A stretch of DNA of 64,000 bases from an uncultured delta proteobacterium. Its GTDB lineage: Bacteria > Desulfobacterota > Binatia > UBA9968. Below, in pieces: positions 39,638 through 49,232 of the stretch. The position numbers were made by a program, and so were the translations under genes. Positions within the stretch are counted from its first letter, which is position 1; every line of letters starts with the position of its first letter. Under the pieces are notes generated by a model. That model was not told where the DNA came from and ran no database searches. It worked only from the letters and a program-made list of their open reading frames with translations. The DNA lies in NCBI GenBank assembly GCA_963816145.1, contig CAWFJP010000003.1, positions 352,001 to 416,000 of the forward strand. Reading direction: 5' to 3'.

Positions 39638-40615
39638 TTAATTCCGGGGCAGCTCAGTCTGTCCCCTCTTCAGGAAAGCACGCGCCTCACATTCCAAGAC
39701 CGACTCGCCTGATCCGCTGACGATGTCGTCGATGGGCTGCACGGCAGCCGATGTGCGCCGAATGAGGACGAAGTCCCCCTGCATTAACCGGTCGGGCTCG
39801 AGGAGGCCGACGATCTCAAAGTCCGACCGGTTCCGCTGCTTCTGCTTAAAAAACTCGTGGAGCAACTGACCCCCTCTCGTCGTGAGCAGGTCATGGATGA
39901 CCAGGAGGCCGCCGTTCGGGTTCAGGCGGTTCCAGTGAGAGCCATCTACTAGACTGTGAGCGTCCTTCAAACGGGTGTGGAGGTCGACCCACATCAGATC
40001 GATCGGTAAGTGCTCTGCCGGAATGTTATCGAGATCGTAACTCCAGAAATCTCCGTGGTGGAATGTGACCAAGTCGGAAAATCCGAGACTCTCGATAATC
40101 GATTGCGCCTTCAGCGCGTAACTTCGCGGGCTTGAGAGGTTGTCGATGCAAATGAGTCTTGGTGTGTAGCTCCGTTCCATTCTGGCCGGCCGCGCGAATC
40201 CTGGAGTTTCAACGAGCCACTCGAGCCTCCGTTTCGCAACCGGGCTCGTTGGATTGTAAAGCGCAAGCAGGCCTGAGGCCACCTGCGTGCCCGGCTCAAC
40301 CGCTGCCGGCGTATCTTGCATCGCGTCGAGGTCGGCGATGTATCGCGCGGTCTTCTCCTGCATCGCTCGCCGCTCCTCCTCGACGGCATACGCGTTGTCT
40401 GCGAGGGCCTTAGCCAGAAACGGCGTTGTGTACCCTGATCCTCCTTCGAGCACTGTGCGCGCGCGTGTGAACCGGGCCAGCGAGTAGAGGAGCGGAGCCA
40501 TCAGTTCGGTGCCGGTCCACGGCGACAGCAACGATTTCACTGCTTCCAGGAATGACGGATCAAGCATCTTTGCACCCTGCCTTTGTTTCCAATCTCTTCT
40601 GTAAATGGTCTCCAC
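39638..40615 (-). CDS. Class I SAM-dependent methyltransferase (Methyltransf_24-like) with internal insertion
   Basis: LYSLARFTRARTVLEGGSGYTT, ICIDN, IDLMWVD, LNPNGGLLVIHD. Confidence 0.75.
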   Translation of the reverse strand: METIYRRDWKQRQGAKMLDPSFLEAVKSLLSPWTGTELMAPLLYSLARFTRARTVLEGGSGYTTPFLAKALADNAYAVEEERRAMQEKTARYIADLDAMQDTPAAVEPGTQVASGLLALYNPTSPVAKRRLEWLVETPGFARPARMERSYTPRLICIDNLSSPRSYALKAQSIIESLGFSDLVTFHHGDFWSYDLDNIPAEHLPIDLMWVDLHTRLKDAHSLVDGSHWNRLNPNGGLLVIHDLLTTRGGQLLHEFFKQKQRNRSDFEIVGLLEPDRLMQGDFVLIRRTSAAVQPIDDIVSGSGESVLECEARAFLKRGQTELPRN

Positions 40616-40792
40616 ATTACGGGAGGAGGGGCGCAGAACGCAAGTAACAGGAATGCTAACTTGGCAACATCAAGCACGCGGTCAGTGCAAGGCAAGATCC
40701 GGATTTTTGGAGCCGGCACCAATCACGGCGAAATCGAACCCCGCCGCGAGCAGTGGGGTATCGGAAAGTCTCGAGGAGACTTTTCACAAAGG

Positions 40793-40870
40793 CGTCACCC
40801 CCGAATGTTTTTATCGGGGGTCCAGTTCCGGACTCACTTGGATTACCGCTAAAGACATTCGGGAATGACG
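40793..40870. repeat. REP/RPE-like double-hairpin element
   Basis: CGTCACCCCCGAATGTTTTTATCGGGGGTCCAG...TGGATTACCGCTAAAGACATTCGGGAATGACG. Confidence 0.7.
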
Positions 40871-40937
40871 GACTTGTGAATGCGAATGAGTGTAATGCAG
40901 CGAACTGCGGCGAATCGACCCCTAGAAACGGAAAACA

Positions 40938-42968
40938 CTATTCGCGAATTCCCGCTAAATCCAAGAGAAATACATAACTGAACGCGGTTTCTTGATGGCG
41001 CCGGAACCGTCCCGAAGCACCGCCGTGGCCGGCTTCCATGTTAGTCTTGAGCAGCACAGGATTAGTGCCGATCTTGAGCTCGCGCAGTTTGGCCACCCAC
41101 TTGGCCGGCTCCCAGTACTGCACCTGGGAGTCGTGTAAGCCGCCGGTGATCAGCATCGCAGGGTAGTTTTTTCTAGCGACATTATCGTAAGGAGAATAGG
41201 ACAACATGTAGTCATAATACTCTTTCTTATTGGGGTCACCCCACTCGTCATATTCGCCGGTGGTCAGCGGGATCGAAGCATCGAGCATGGTCGTCACGAC
41301 ATCGACGAACGGCACTTCGGCGACGATGCCCTTGAACAAATCGGGGCGCAGGTTACTCACCGCCCCCATCAACAAACCGCCGGCGCTTCTGCCCATGGCG
41401 AAGAGTTTGTCGGGACAGGTAAACCCCTGTTGGATCAAATACTCGGCGCAGGCGATGAAATCGCTGAAGGTGTTTTTCTTTTTTAACAGCTTGCCATCGT
41501 CGTACCACCGCCGTCCGAGTTCCTGGCCGCCGCGAATATGGGCGATGGCGAAGACAAAACCGCGATCGACCAGACTCAAGCGCGGCGATGCGAAGGCAGC
41601 GTCGATGCTCGCGCCGTAGGAGCCGTAGCCGTAGAGCAGCGTCGGATTCATCCCATCTTTCTTCAGACCTTTGCGATAGAGCAGCGACAGCGGAATCTCC
41701 GTGCCATCGCTTGCCGCCGCATAGAGCCGCTCGGTGACATAGTCGTCCGGGTTGAATCCGCCCAGCACTTCTTCTTGCTTTAATAATGTGCGCTGGCGCG
41801 TCGCCATATCGTAGTCGTAAATCGACTGCGGCGTCTTCATCGAGGTATATCCGAAGCGGACGATCTTGGTGTCGAGCTCCAAGTTGACGCCGAGATCGGC
41901 CCGGTACGCCGGCTCGGCGAACTCCAAGTAATGCGCGCCGCTCCCCGACCAGGGCACGACGCGGATCTGCGTCAGGCCGCGCGCTCGTTCCTCCATAACC
42001 AGATAATCGATGAAAAGATCGAAATCACCGAGATAGACATCGTCGCGGTGTGGAATCAATTCGCGCCAGTGCTCGCGCTCCGGCTGGCTCACTTGTGTCG
42101 CCATCAAGCGAAAGTTCTTGGCTTGATCGTTGGTGCGGATGATGAAGCGGTCATCGATATGATCGACCTGATATTCATGACCGCGCGCCCGCGGCAGAAA
42201 CATTGTGAACTCACCGCGCGGCTGATCCGCGTCGAGGTAACGATACTCGTGCGAGATCGTCTGCGCCGACACCAGCATCAAATACTTCTTCGACTTGGTC
42301 TTGGATATGTAAACGCTGAAGGTTTCGTCGTCTTCCTGATAGACCAGCTGGTCGGTCGCCGGATCGCTGCCGACAATGTGCCGCCAGATCTGATGTTGGC
42401 GCAGCGTGGTCTCGTCCTGTTTGCCGTAGAAAAGCGTTCGGTTGTCGTTACCCCAAACGAGATTTTCCGTCACGGTCGGGATCACATCCGGCAGCAAAAC
42501 CCCGGTCGCAAGATTCTTAAAATAAGCCGTATGGATCCGCCGCCCCTGGGTATCGATCGCGTAAGCTAGCAGATCTTGTCCCGAACTCACCGCCGAACCG
42601 CCGATGGAGAAAAACTCGTGGCCCTGGGCTAATATATTGCCGTCGAGCATCACCTGCTCGGCCTCGTCCAATGAACCCTGCTTACGGCAATAGATCGGAT
42701 ATTCTTTGCCCGCCTCGAAACGGGTGTAATAGAAGTAATCGTCGCGCTTGTACGGCACCGACAAGTCCGTCTGCTTGATCCGGGCTTTAATTTCTTCGAA
42801 AAGTTTCTTCTCGAACTCCTGGGTATGAACCATCGCCTTGGCGGCAAAATCGTTTTCCTGGCTCAAATAGCGGATGACCTCGGGGTTGTCGCGCTCGCGT
42901 AGCCAATAGTAGTCGTCCACGCGCACATGGCCATGGGTTTCGAGCCTGGTTGGGATTTTTTTGACCAT
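40938..42968 (-). CDS. ptrB: Oligopeptidase B (S9A)
   Basis: HGHVRVDDYYWLR, YGYGSYG, GRSAGGLL, LHDSQVQYWEPAKWVAKLR, AGHGG. Confidence 0.95.
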   Translation of the reverse strand: MVKKIPTRLETHGHVRVDDYYWLRERDNPEVIRYLSQENDFAAKAMVHTQEFEKKLFEEIKARIKQTDLSVPYKRDDYFYYTRFEAGKEYPIYCRKQGSLDEAEQVMLDGNILAQGHEFFSIGGSAVSSGQDLLAYAIDTQGRRIHTAYFKNLATGVLLPDVIPTVTENLVWGNDNRTLFYGKQDETTLRQHQIWRHIVGSDPATDQLVYQEDDETFSVYISKTKSKKYLMLVSAQTISHEYRYLDADQPRGEFTMFLPRARGHEYQVDHIDDRFIIRTNDQAKNFRLMATQVSQPEREHWRELIPHRDDVYLGDFDLFIDYLVMEERARGLTQIRVVPWSGSGAHYLEFAEPAYRADLGVNLELDTKIVRFGYTSMKTPQSIYDYDMATRQRTLLKQEEVLGGFNPDDYVTERLYAAASDGTEIPLSLLYRKGLKKDGMNPTLLYGYGSYGASIDAAFASPRLSLVDRGFVFAIAHIRGGQELGRRWYDDGKLLKKKNTFSDFIACAEYLIQQGFTCPDKLFAMGRSAGGLLMGAVSNLRPDLFKGIVAEVPFVDVVTTMLDASIPLTTGEYDEWGDPNKKEYYDYMLSYSPYDNVARKNYPAMLITGGLHDSQVQYWEPAKWVAKLRELKIGTNPVLLKTNMEAGHGGASGRFRRHQETAFSYVFLLDLAGIRE

Positions 42969-43064
42969 TAATCAACGCCTCCGTTGTACCCTCGAATGAT
43001 GCAAGAGAATCTTAAGGAATTTCCCTCAACAGCGCCAGTCGCCGGGAATTGGTTCGTATCCTCA

Positions 43065-43219
43065 TCATTCCCGCGCAGGGCCTGCCCCGGACTCGATCCG
43101 CGGCGGGAATCCGGGTGACGGTCAGCGTCCGTCATACCGTTGAAAAACGGTATCCAGTTGGGTGCTAGCGGAAAGCTTCTCCCGGTCAAAGATGGATGCC
43201 GGTTTCCACCGGCATGACG
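43065..43219. repeat. Cluster of nested REP/RPE-like elements
   Basis: TCATTCCCGCG[CAGGGCCTGCCCCGGACTCGATCC]GCGGCGGGAATCC followed by CCGTCATACCGTTGAAAAACGGTATCCAG...GGATGCCGGTTTCCACCGGCATGACG. Confidence 0.7.
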
Positions 43220-43358
43220 ACGTGAAGATCGCCGACTCAATCCCCGAACTAAGGGGCCAAAAGTTCGGTAATCAAGCGTAACTTTCGTTTGACAGCTTGC
43301 CGTCGGCGGCTTTACAAGAATTCCAGCGATGCCCGAACCGACGAGGAGGCAAATCACA

Positions 43359-44426
43359 ATGGCTATTATCGACGCCGACGCTCATGTCATCGAAACCGAG
43401 CAGACCTGGGAGTTCATGTTGGACGAAGAGCGGCGCTTCGCCCCGGAAGTCTTGATATCTAAAAAGAACGGCATCCAATTCTGGCGCGTCGACGACCGGG
43501 TCATCGCCAACTCCAACTTAGGGCTCAACGTCCCCGAAGATTCCCGCGACATGACCGATGTCGCCGCTCGCCTGGCACATATGGACGCGCTCAAAATCGA
43601 CATCCAGGTGCTCTACCCGACCCTTTTTCTTCGTCCGGTGACGGCGCGCACCGAAGTGGAACTGGCGCTCTATCGCGGCTACAACCGCTGGCTCGCGCAT
43701 ATTTGGAAGCTCGGCAACAACCGCCTGCGCTGGATCGTCCTGCCGCCGCTGCGTTCCATGGACAAAGCGCTCGAAGAAATAAACTTCGCCAAAGCCCACG
43801 GCGCCTGCGGCGTCTTCATGCGCGGCCACGAGGGCGAGTGGCTGCTCTCCGACCCGGCGCTGTTTCCGCTCTACCGCGAAGCCGAGAGGCTCGACCTGCC
43901 GATCTGCGTCCACGCCGGCACCGGAAGTTTCGGCTACTACGATCAGTATGGCCAGGATGTCTTCTCGCGCTTTAAGCTGCCGTCCGTCGGCGCGTTCAAT
44001 AATTTGATCTATCAAGGCGTGCCGGCCAGGTTTCCCCAACTGCGCTGGTCCTTTGTCGAGACCACCGCTCAGTGGTTGCCCTATGCGGTTAACGATCTCG
44101 TCATTCGGACCCAAGCCGAGCGCGAGTTCCAGCGTAATTACGCCGGCCATGTGCTCACCCAGGCGCGCCCCAAGGAGCGAACCATCGACACCGGCACCGT
44201 CCTGCGCGACAACCGCGTCTACGTCGCCTGCCAGACCACCGACGATCTGCCTTACGTCGCCGATTGCGTCGGTGAAGACCATATCACTGTCGGCACCGAC
44301 TACGGTCACGCCGACTATTCCAACGACATCGCAGCGATCCAAACTTTGGCGGAGGGCGGCAAGATCGGCGCATCGTTTGCCCGTAAGATTCTCGACGACA
44401 ATCCGAGGAAACTTTACGCCCTGTGA
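43359..44426 (+). CDS. Amidohydrolase_2 family protein
   Basis: IIDADAHVIE, LYPTLFL, YNRWL, PICVH, VGTDYGH. Confidence 0.9.
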   Translation: MAIIDADAHVIETEQTWEFMLDEERRFAPEVLISKKNGIQFWRVDDRVIANSNLGLNVPEDSRDMTDVAARLAHMDALKIDIQVLYPTLFLRPVTARTEVELALYRGYNRWLAHIWKLGNNRLRWIVLPPLRSMDKALEEINFAKAHGACGVFMRGHEGEWLLSDPALFPLYREAERLDLPICVHAGTGSFGYYDQYGQDVFSRFKLPSVGAFNNLIYQGVPARFPQLRWSFVETTAQWLPYAVNDLVIRTQAEREFQRNYAGHVLTQARPKERTIDTGTVLRDNRVYVACQTTDDLPYVADCVGEDHITVGTDYGHADYSNDIAAIQTLAEGGKIGASFARKILDDNPRKLYAL

Positions 44427-44503
44427 GACAAGCCTGAAGTGCCGGCCTGCGCGCCAGCCCTTGCCGGGAATTTGGGAATTCCGTGATCGCCCCTTCGCGC
44501 GCA

Positions 44504-45289
44504 CTAAAAGAGTTCGCCCTCGTCCTTGCGTTCATCGCGCGGTCGCCAGCGCAACAGGTAGGATTCGGCCCTGGTGATCACTTCGTTGCACAAGACCACC
44601 ACCATAGCGAGGACGAAGATGCCGCCCAAAGCGCCGGAAGTGGAAAATAGCGACGTGTTGTAATTGATCAAATAACCCAAGCCCTTGCTGGCGGCGATGA
44701 ACTCGCCAACCACGGCAGCGACGATGGCGTAGGGCAAACTGATCTTCAGCCCGGTCGTGATCCAAGGCACGATCGACGGCAATGTCACTTTCATCAAAAT
44801 CTGCCGCTCGCTGGCGCCCATGATGCGCAAAATGTTTTTGAGTTCGGCGTCGACGCCTTTGACGCCGGCGAAGGTGTTAAAAAAAGTCAGAAAGAACACC
44901 ACGCTGATGACCAGTATCACCTTGGACATCGGCCCGATGCCGAACCAGATGATGAACAGCGGCGCCAGCGCGATGCGCGGAATACCGTTGAAGGCGACCA
45001 CGTAGGGATCGAGGATCTGCGCCAGCACTTCGCGCCGGCCCAGCGCAAAGCCAAAGCCGATGCCAAAAATCGCCCCGATGAAAAAACCGCTGAAGGTTTC
45101 GTACAGGGTGATCGCGAGATGGCCGTAAATCGAGCCGTCGGCGAACACGCCGTAGAGATATTTGAACACCGCCGACGGACTCGACACCCAGAAGGGATCG
45201 ATCAGTCTGCCGGCACTAAATTCCCAAAAAGCCAACAGCGCCAAGCCAAACACCACACGATAGAGAAACAGTCGGCCGCGGCTGATCAT
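44504..45289 (-). CDS. NitT/TauT family ABC permease
   Basis: IPRIALAPLFIIWFGIG, AAVVGEFIAASKGLG; ATG 45289 overlaps the SBP stop. Confidence 0.92.
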   Translation of the reverse strand: MISRGRLFLYRVVFGLALLAFWEFSAGRLIDPFWVSSPSAVFKYLYGVFADGSIYGHLAITLYETFSGFFIGAIFGIGFGFALGRREVLAQILDPYVVAFNGIPRIALAPLFIIWFGIGPMSKVILVISVVFFLTFFNTFAGVKGVDAELKNILRIMGASERQILMKVTLPSIVPWITTGLKISLPYAIVAAVVGEFIAASKGLGYLINYNTSLFSTSGALGGIFVLAMVVVLCNEVITRAESYLLRWRPRDERKDEGELF

Positions 45290-46299
45290 TTCGTCAAGAA
45301 GTCGTTGTTGACCAGTTCGGCGTAGGGCGCGCGCTTCTTGAGAATGCCTGCCTGTTCGAGAATATCCTGGGTGATCTGGAAGCTTTTTTCGCTGGTCCTC
45401 CCGTCGCTGCTCAATGTCGGCAGCACCGCCTTGACCCCCGCCAGGAGGAGATCGGGAGCGATCGCCGCCATCGATGGCTTGAGCGCCTCGGCCACTTGCT
45501 CCGGTGTGCTCTTGAGCGCCCACTGATTCGCGCGCGTCAACGCGCGCACCGTGCGGCGCACGGTGTCTTGATCCTTCGCTGCGGTCTCCGGCCGCACGAT
45601 CAAGTTCTCCATCAAAAACTCCGCGATCGACGGATCTTCGCCTTTGGCGTTGTTGATGAAAAGTATCGCGTAGCCGCGGGCAATTGCCGTGTCAGGCGTC
45701 GGTGGCGCTGTCAGTGCCACATCCACCTTGCGATTTTCCAACGCCGCGAGCCAGGTCGGGCCGGAACCGATGGCGATGGTCTGGGCATCGCTCTGCGGAT
45801 TGAGCCCGGCCTTGCGCACGACGAAGCTTGCCAGATGCGCCGTCAGCGCGCCAGCGTTGGTCACGCCGATGGTCGTGCCCTTGAGCGCCTTGATTTTCTC
45901 CGCCAGTGGCGTCGCTTCGGTGATGCCTTTGGACTTCGCCGCGTCCTTGTGCATCGCCCAATTGATGAAGAGCTTATTCAGCCCGCTCATCACCATGGTC
46001 AGCCGTTTGCCTTCCTGGTGCGCCAGGATGACATTGTCGCCGGTGGTAAAACTAAAATCGACGTCGCCGGCGATCAGCGCGCGAATATCCGGCCCGCCGC
46101 CGTTGGTCGAATTGACTTCGACATCGAGTTTTTCATCGGCAAAATAATTGCGGTTCTGCGCCAAGAAAACCGGCAGCATCGAGTGGGCGATGACCGGAAT
46201 CGTCATTTTGATCTTCTTGAGGGACTGAGCCTCGGCCATGCCATAAACGCCGACGAGGCCGACAAGCAGGACGAGAGCGCTATTCACTAACCGTTTCAT
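45286..46299 (-). CDS. NitT/TauT family ABC substrate-binding protein
   Basis: Signal peptide, YFADEKLDVE, LKGTTIGVT; between ATPase and permease. Confidence 0.9.
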   Translation of the reverse strand: MKRLVNSALVLLVGLVGVYGMAEAQSLKKIKMTIPVIAHSMLPVFLAQNRNYFADEKLDVEVNSTNGGGPDIRALIAGDVDFSFTTGDNVILAHQEGKRLTMVMSGLNKLFINWAMHKDAAKSKGITEATPLAEKIKALKGTTIGVTNAGALTAHLASFVVRKAGLNPQSDAQTIAIGSGPTWLAALENRKVDVALTAPPTPDTAIARGYAILFINNAKGEDPSIAEFLMENLIVRPETAAKDQDTVRRTVRALTRANQWALKSTPEQVAEALKPSMAAIAPDLLLAGVKAVLPTLSSDGRTSEKSFQITQDILEQAGILKKRAPYAELVNNDFLTK

Positions 46300-46321
46300 A
46301 GGCGAGTCTCCTTATCTAAAT

Positions 46322-47098
46322 CTACGCTTCGGTCAATATTACTTCCGGGCGCAATTGTTGCCATAGCCGTTCGTAGACCGCGCGAAACTGTTCGCTTTCG
46401 TGGATTTTGAAAACATCGCGCGGTCGCGGGATCATCACGCTCTCGATCAACTTGATCCGGCCTGGACGAGACGACATCAATACCACACGGTCGGCCAGGG
46501 TAATCGCTTCGATCAGATCATGGGTGATAAATACGATCGTCTTCTTCGATGCCGACCAGAGCTGGAGCAACTGATCCTGCAAGACGATGCGCGTCTGCGC
46601 GTCGAGCGGACCGAACGGCTCGTCCATGAGAATCAACTCCGGATCGTAAATCAGCGTGCGGATGATATTGGCGCGCTGGCGCATGCCGCCGGAAAGTTCG
46701 TGGGGATAATGCGTTTCGAAGCCGGCCAGGCCGACTTGCTCGATAAAATCTTGAGCTCTCGTCCTGCGTGCATTGGCGTCGACACCACGAATTTCCAGTG
46801 CGATTTCGACGTTTTCCATCAACGTGCGCCAAGGGAGTAAATTGTCTTTTTGCGTGACGTAACCGATCTTGGTGCAGATCCCGTCGATACGCGCGCCGTT
46901 GAAGTTAATCTGTCCGCTACTCGAGCGCATCAAACCGACGATCAAATTGAGCAAGGTGGATTTGCCACAGCCTGACGGCCCGACGATGGTGACAAACTCC
47001 CCCTCGGCGATGTTCAAGTCGATGCCTTCGAGAGCGACGACTTGTTTGCCCCGCGAGCGGTATTCTTTGCTGACACCTTCGATAGCCAAGAACGACAT
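46322..47098 (-). CDS. NitT/TauT family ABC ATP-binding protein
   Basis: GPSGCGKST, LSGGMRQR, LMDEPFG, FITHD. Confidence 0.95.
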   Translation of the reverse strand: MSFLAIEGVSKEYRSRGKQVVALEGIDLNIAEGEFVTIVGPSGCGKSTLLNLIVGLMRSSSGQINFNGARIDGICTKIGYVTQKDNLLPWRTLMENVEIALEIRGVDANARRTRAQDFIEQVGLAGFETHYPHELSGGMRQRANIIRTLIYDPELILMDEPFGPLDAQTRIVLQDQLLQLWSASKKTIVFITHDLIEAITLADRVVLMSSRPGRIKLIESVMIPRPRDVFKIHESEQFRAVYERLWQQLRPEVILTEA

Positions 47099-47106
47099 TT
47101 TGATTG

Positions 47107-48102
47107 TTACGGCGTGATCTGCGCGACGGCGGCGCCGATGCCATCTAAAGAAGTCTTGCCATTGGTGTCCAGATTATCTCCGCGGGGGGTGTCGTTATTA
47201 CTGATGTACGCTGTGCCACCCGCAAACACGATGGCGGTGGGAAATTCCAGCGGCCCCTTGTTGGCGTTCTTCGCGATTTCCTGGACCTTGCCGTCGGGCG
47301 TTACCATGACAAGCGCATTCCTTTCATTGGCTGTAATGCAAAGCCGGCCGTTCCGATCGAATTCCAAACCATCGGCCCCTTCCAGCAGAGAACTCTGCGT
47401 TAGCAGAATCGGATTACCGGCGCGTCCGTCGTCAGCGAACGCGACTTTCCAGATCGCGCCGCGAGCGGTGTCGGTAATATAAAGTATCCCGCTAGCATCG
47501 AACACTATGCCATTCGCGACTATGGGCTGTTGGGTTTTACCATCGGGCAAGATTCGCGTATGGAGCTCGACTTGGAGCACAACGTCAGCTCGGCCGCCAG
47601 CAGGCCCGACGCGGTAGATTCGTCCATTTCTGGCGCCGGTTGCGTAGAGATTTCCCTTGCGGTCGAAGGCGATTCCGTTAGCCCCTTCGGTATCGGTTGC
47701 AAACGTTTCGCCAATCCCAGGTTTCTCGGGATTGATATCTGCTCTCTTGAGCCGCACAACCTCACTGAAGGGGTCACAGGCAACGAACAGATCACCCTGC
47801 GAGTTAAACGCGATGCCTCGGCCTTCGCCGCGGACACTTTTCCCCGCGATCTGACGGTTTGCAATGCGACCGACGACAACCGGCTTCGTCGCCCTTGGGT
47901 CCACGCGTAGGATATTTCCCGTGACCCAATCAGCCAGGTAAAGCTGTCCCTGTTGATCGGCCGTGATACTCTCGACGATCACCGTGCGGTCCGTGCTCGC
48001 CGGATCGAGATCGACGAGTATCGAAACCGCCGGGCTCCCCATCTGCATGGTCGCACAGCCGCATAAACCGAACGCCAATGCCCACGCCCACATCGCTCGC
48101 AT
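47107..48102 (-). CDS. SMP-30/gluconolactonase beta-propeller lipoprotein
   Basis: Lipobox-like LCGC; ANGIAFD, ANGIVFD, GADGLEFD blades. Confidence 0.82.
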   Translation of the reverse strand: MRAMWAWALAFGLCGCATMQMGSPAVSILVDLDPASTDRTVIVESITADQQGQLYLADWVTGNILRVDPRATKPVVVGRIANRQIAGKSVRGEGRGIAFNSQGDLFVACDPFSEVVRLKRADINPEKPGIGETFATDTEGANGIAFDRKGNLYATGARNGRIYRVGPAGGRADVVLQVELHTRILPDGKTQQPIVANGIVFDASGILYITDTARGAIWKVAFADDGRAGNPILLTQSSLLEGADGLEFDRNGRLCITANERNALVMVTPDGKVQEIAKNANKGPLEFPTAIVFAGGTAYISNNDTPRGDNLDTNGKTSLDGIGAAVAQITP

Positions 48103-48187
48103 GACAATCCCCCATTTTGGGTTCACGGGATTTTGAATTATTCGCTCACCAATGAGCAACAAGCCCGGTTGAATTACCGCGTCATTG

Positions 48188-49168
48188 CTAAACTTGCAAG
48201 GCTTTTTTCGCATTGGCGCCGAGAATGTCCGCGCGTGCGGCGTCGCCGATATCCAGCTGCATGACTTTATTTACCGAATCGAAGTCACCCATCGCCATCG
48301 GATAGTCAGTGCCGATCACCACCCGGTCAGCGCCGACCACGCGAACTAGATAATCCAGCGCCGCCACCGAATGCACGATCGTGTCGAAGTACAGCCGCTT
48401 CAAGTACTCGGAAGGTTTCCGCGGCAACCGCTTTTGCAGATCTGCCCGCAAACCATAGGAATGATCCAAGCGCCAGATATTGAACGCCAACAGACCGCCG
48501 CCATGGGACAAGCACAAGCGCAGATTGGGATACTTCTCGAACATGCCCTTGAGAATAATCCGCTCGACCATCATCGTCGTGCGAAAGGTGAATTGGAGAA
48601 CGTTGCCAAGAATCGGTGACAGCGGATCGTCGGCATCGAGCCCGCCTTCGAGGGGATGGACAAACAGCAACAGCTCCAATTCCTGCGCGGCTTGAAAGAA
48701 CGGCTCGAAGTTCGGATCGTCGAGCGGTTTGTCCCCCACCGCATTGCCGATCTCCAGCCCCTTGAGGCCCATGCTCTTGGCTTCCTTGGCGATGGCGATG
48801 GATTCGGGAACGCTTTGCAGCGGCACACTACCGAAGCCAATGAACCGATCTGGATGCTTCTTTACGACCGCTTGAATCGCTTCATTCTGCCGCCGTGAGA
48901 AATGCGCCGCCACCGCGGCGTCTTCCCAGTAGAATAAAAGTATCGGCGAAGGGGAAATCGCCTGCATGTCGATTTTCATGTCGTCGAGCGCTTTGATCCG
49001 CGCCGCAGGATCGTAAGCCCCGGCCCCCAGCCCCGGCCGCGAGCCGATCTGCGAGGTCACCGACAGCTTGCCGTCATTTAGAACTAATTTCGGCGCGCGG
49101 TTTTCGAACTTGCCGGGATTCTGCAGTGCATCGACCGGAAAGAAATGAGAATGCAAATCGATGTTCAT
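48188..49168 (-). CDS. ACMSD-like amidohydrolase (aminocarboxymuconate-semialdehyde decarboxylase family)
   Basis: IDLHSH, VPLQ, FVHP, SHGGG, YFDTIVH, GTDYPMAMGD. Confidence 0.8.
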   Translation of the reverse strand: MNIDLHSHFFPVDALQNPGKFENRAPKLVLNDGKLSVTSQIGSRPGLGAGAYDPAARIKALDDMKIDMQAISPSPILLFYWEDAAVAAHFSRRQNEAIQAVVKKHPDRFIGFGSVPLQSVPESIAIAKEAKSMGLKGLEIGNAVGDKPLDDPNFEPFFQAAQELELLLFVHPLEGGLDADDPLSPILGNVLQFTFRTTMMVERIILKGMFEKYPNLRLCLSHGGGLLAFNIWRLDHSYGLRADLQKRLPRKPSEYLKRLYFDTIVHSVAALDYLVRVVGADRVVIGTDYPMAMGDFDSVNKVMQLDIGDAARADILGANAKKALQV

Positions 49169-49232
49169 TTTGATTTCAACTCTTTCTTTGATCCGACCTT
49201 TGCACCTTTGCGAGAGATATTCCGTGTTCGGA

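Larger units (their letters stand above)
39359..40732. mobile_element. ~1.37-kb islet bounded by a perfect 24-bp direct repeat
   Basis: GGAGCCGGCACCAATCACGGCGAA at 39359-39382 and 40709-40732. Confidence 0.75.

Noticed and set aside
42968-43357. 129-aa ORF upstream of ptrB
   Set aside because: Largely translated REP-like repeats and overlaps the divergent promoter region.
44504-45523. N-terminally extended permease
   Set aside because: The extension overlaps the SBP gene; ATG 45289 gives the usual coupled start.
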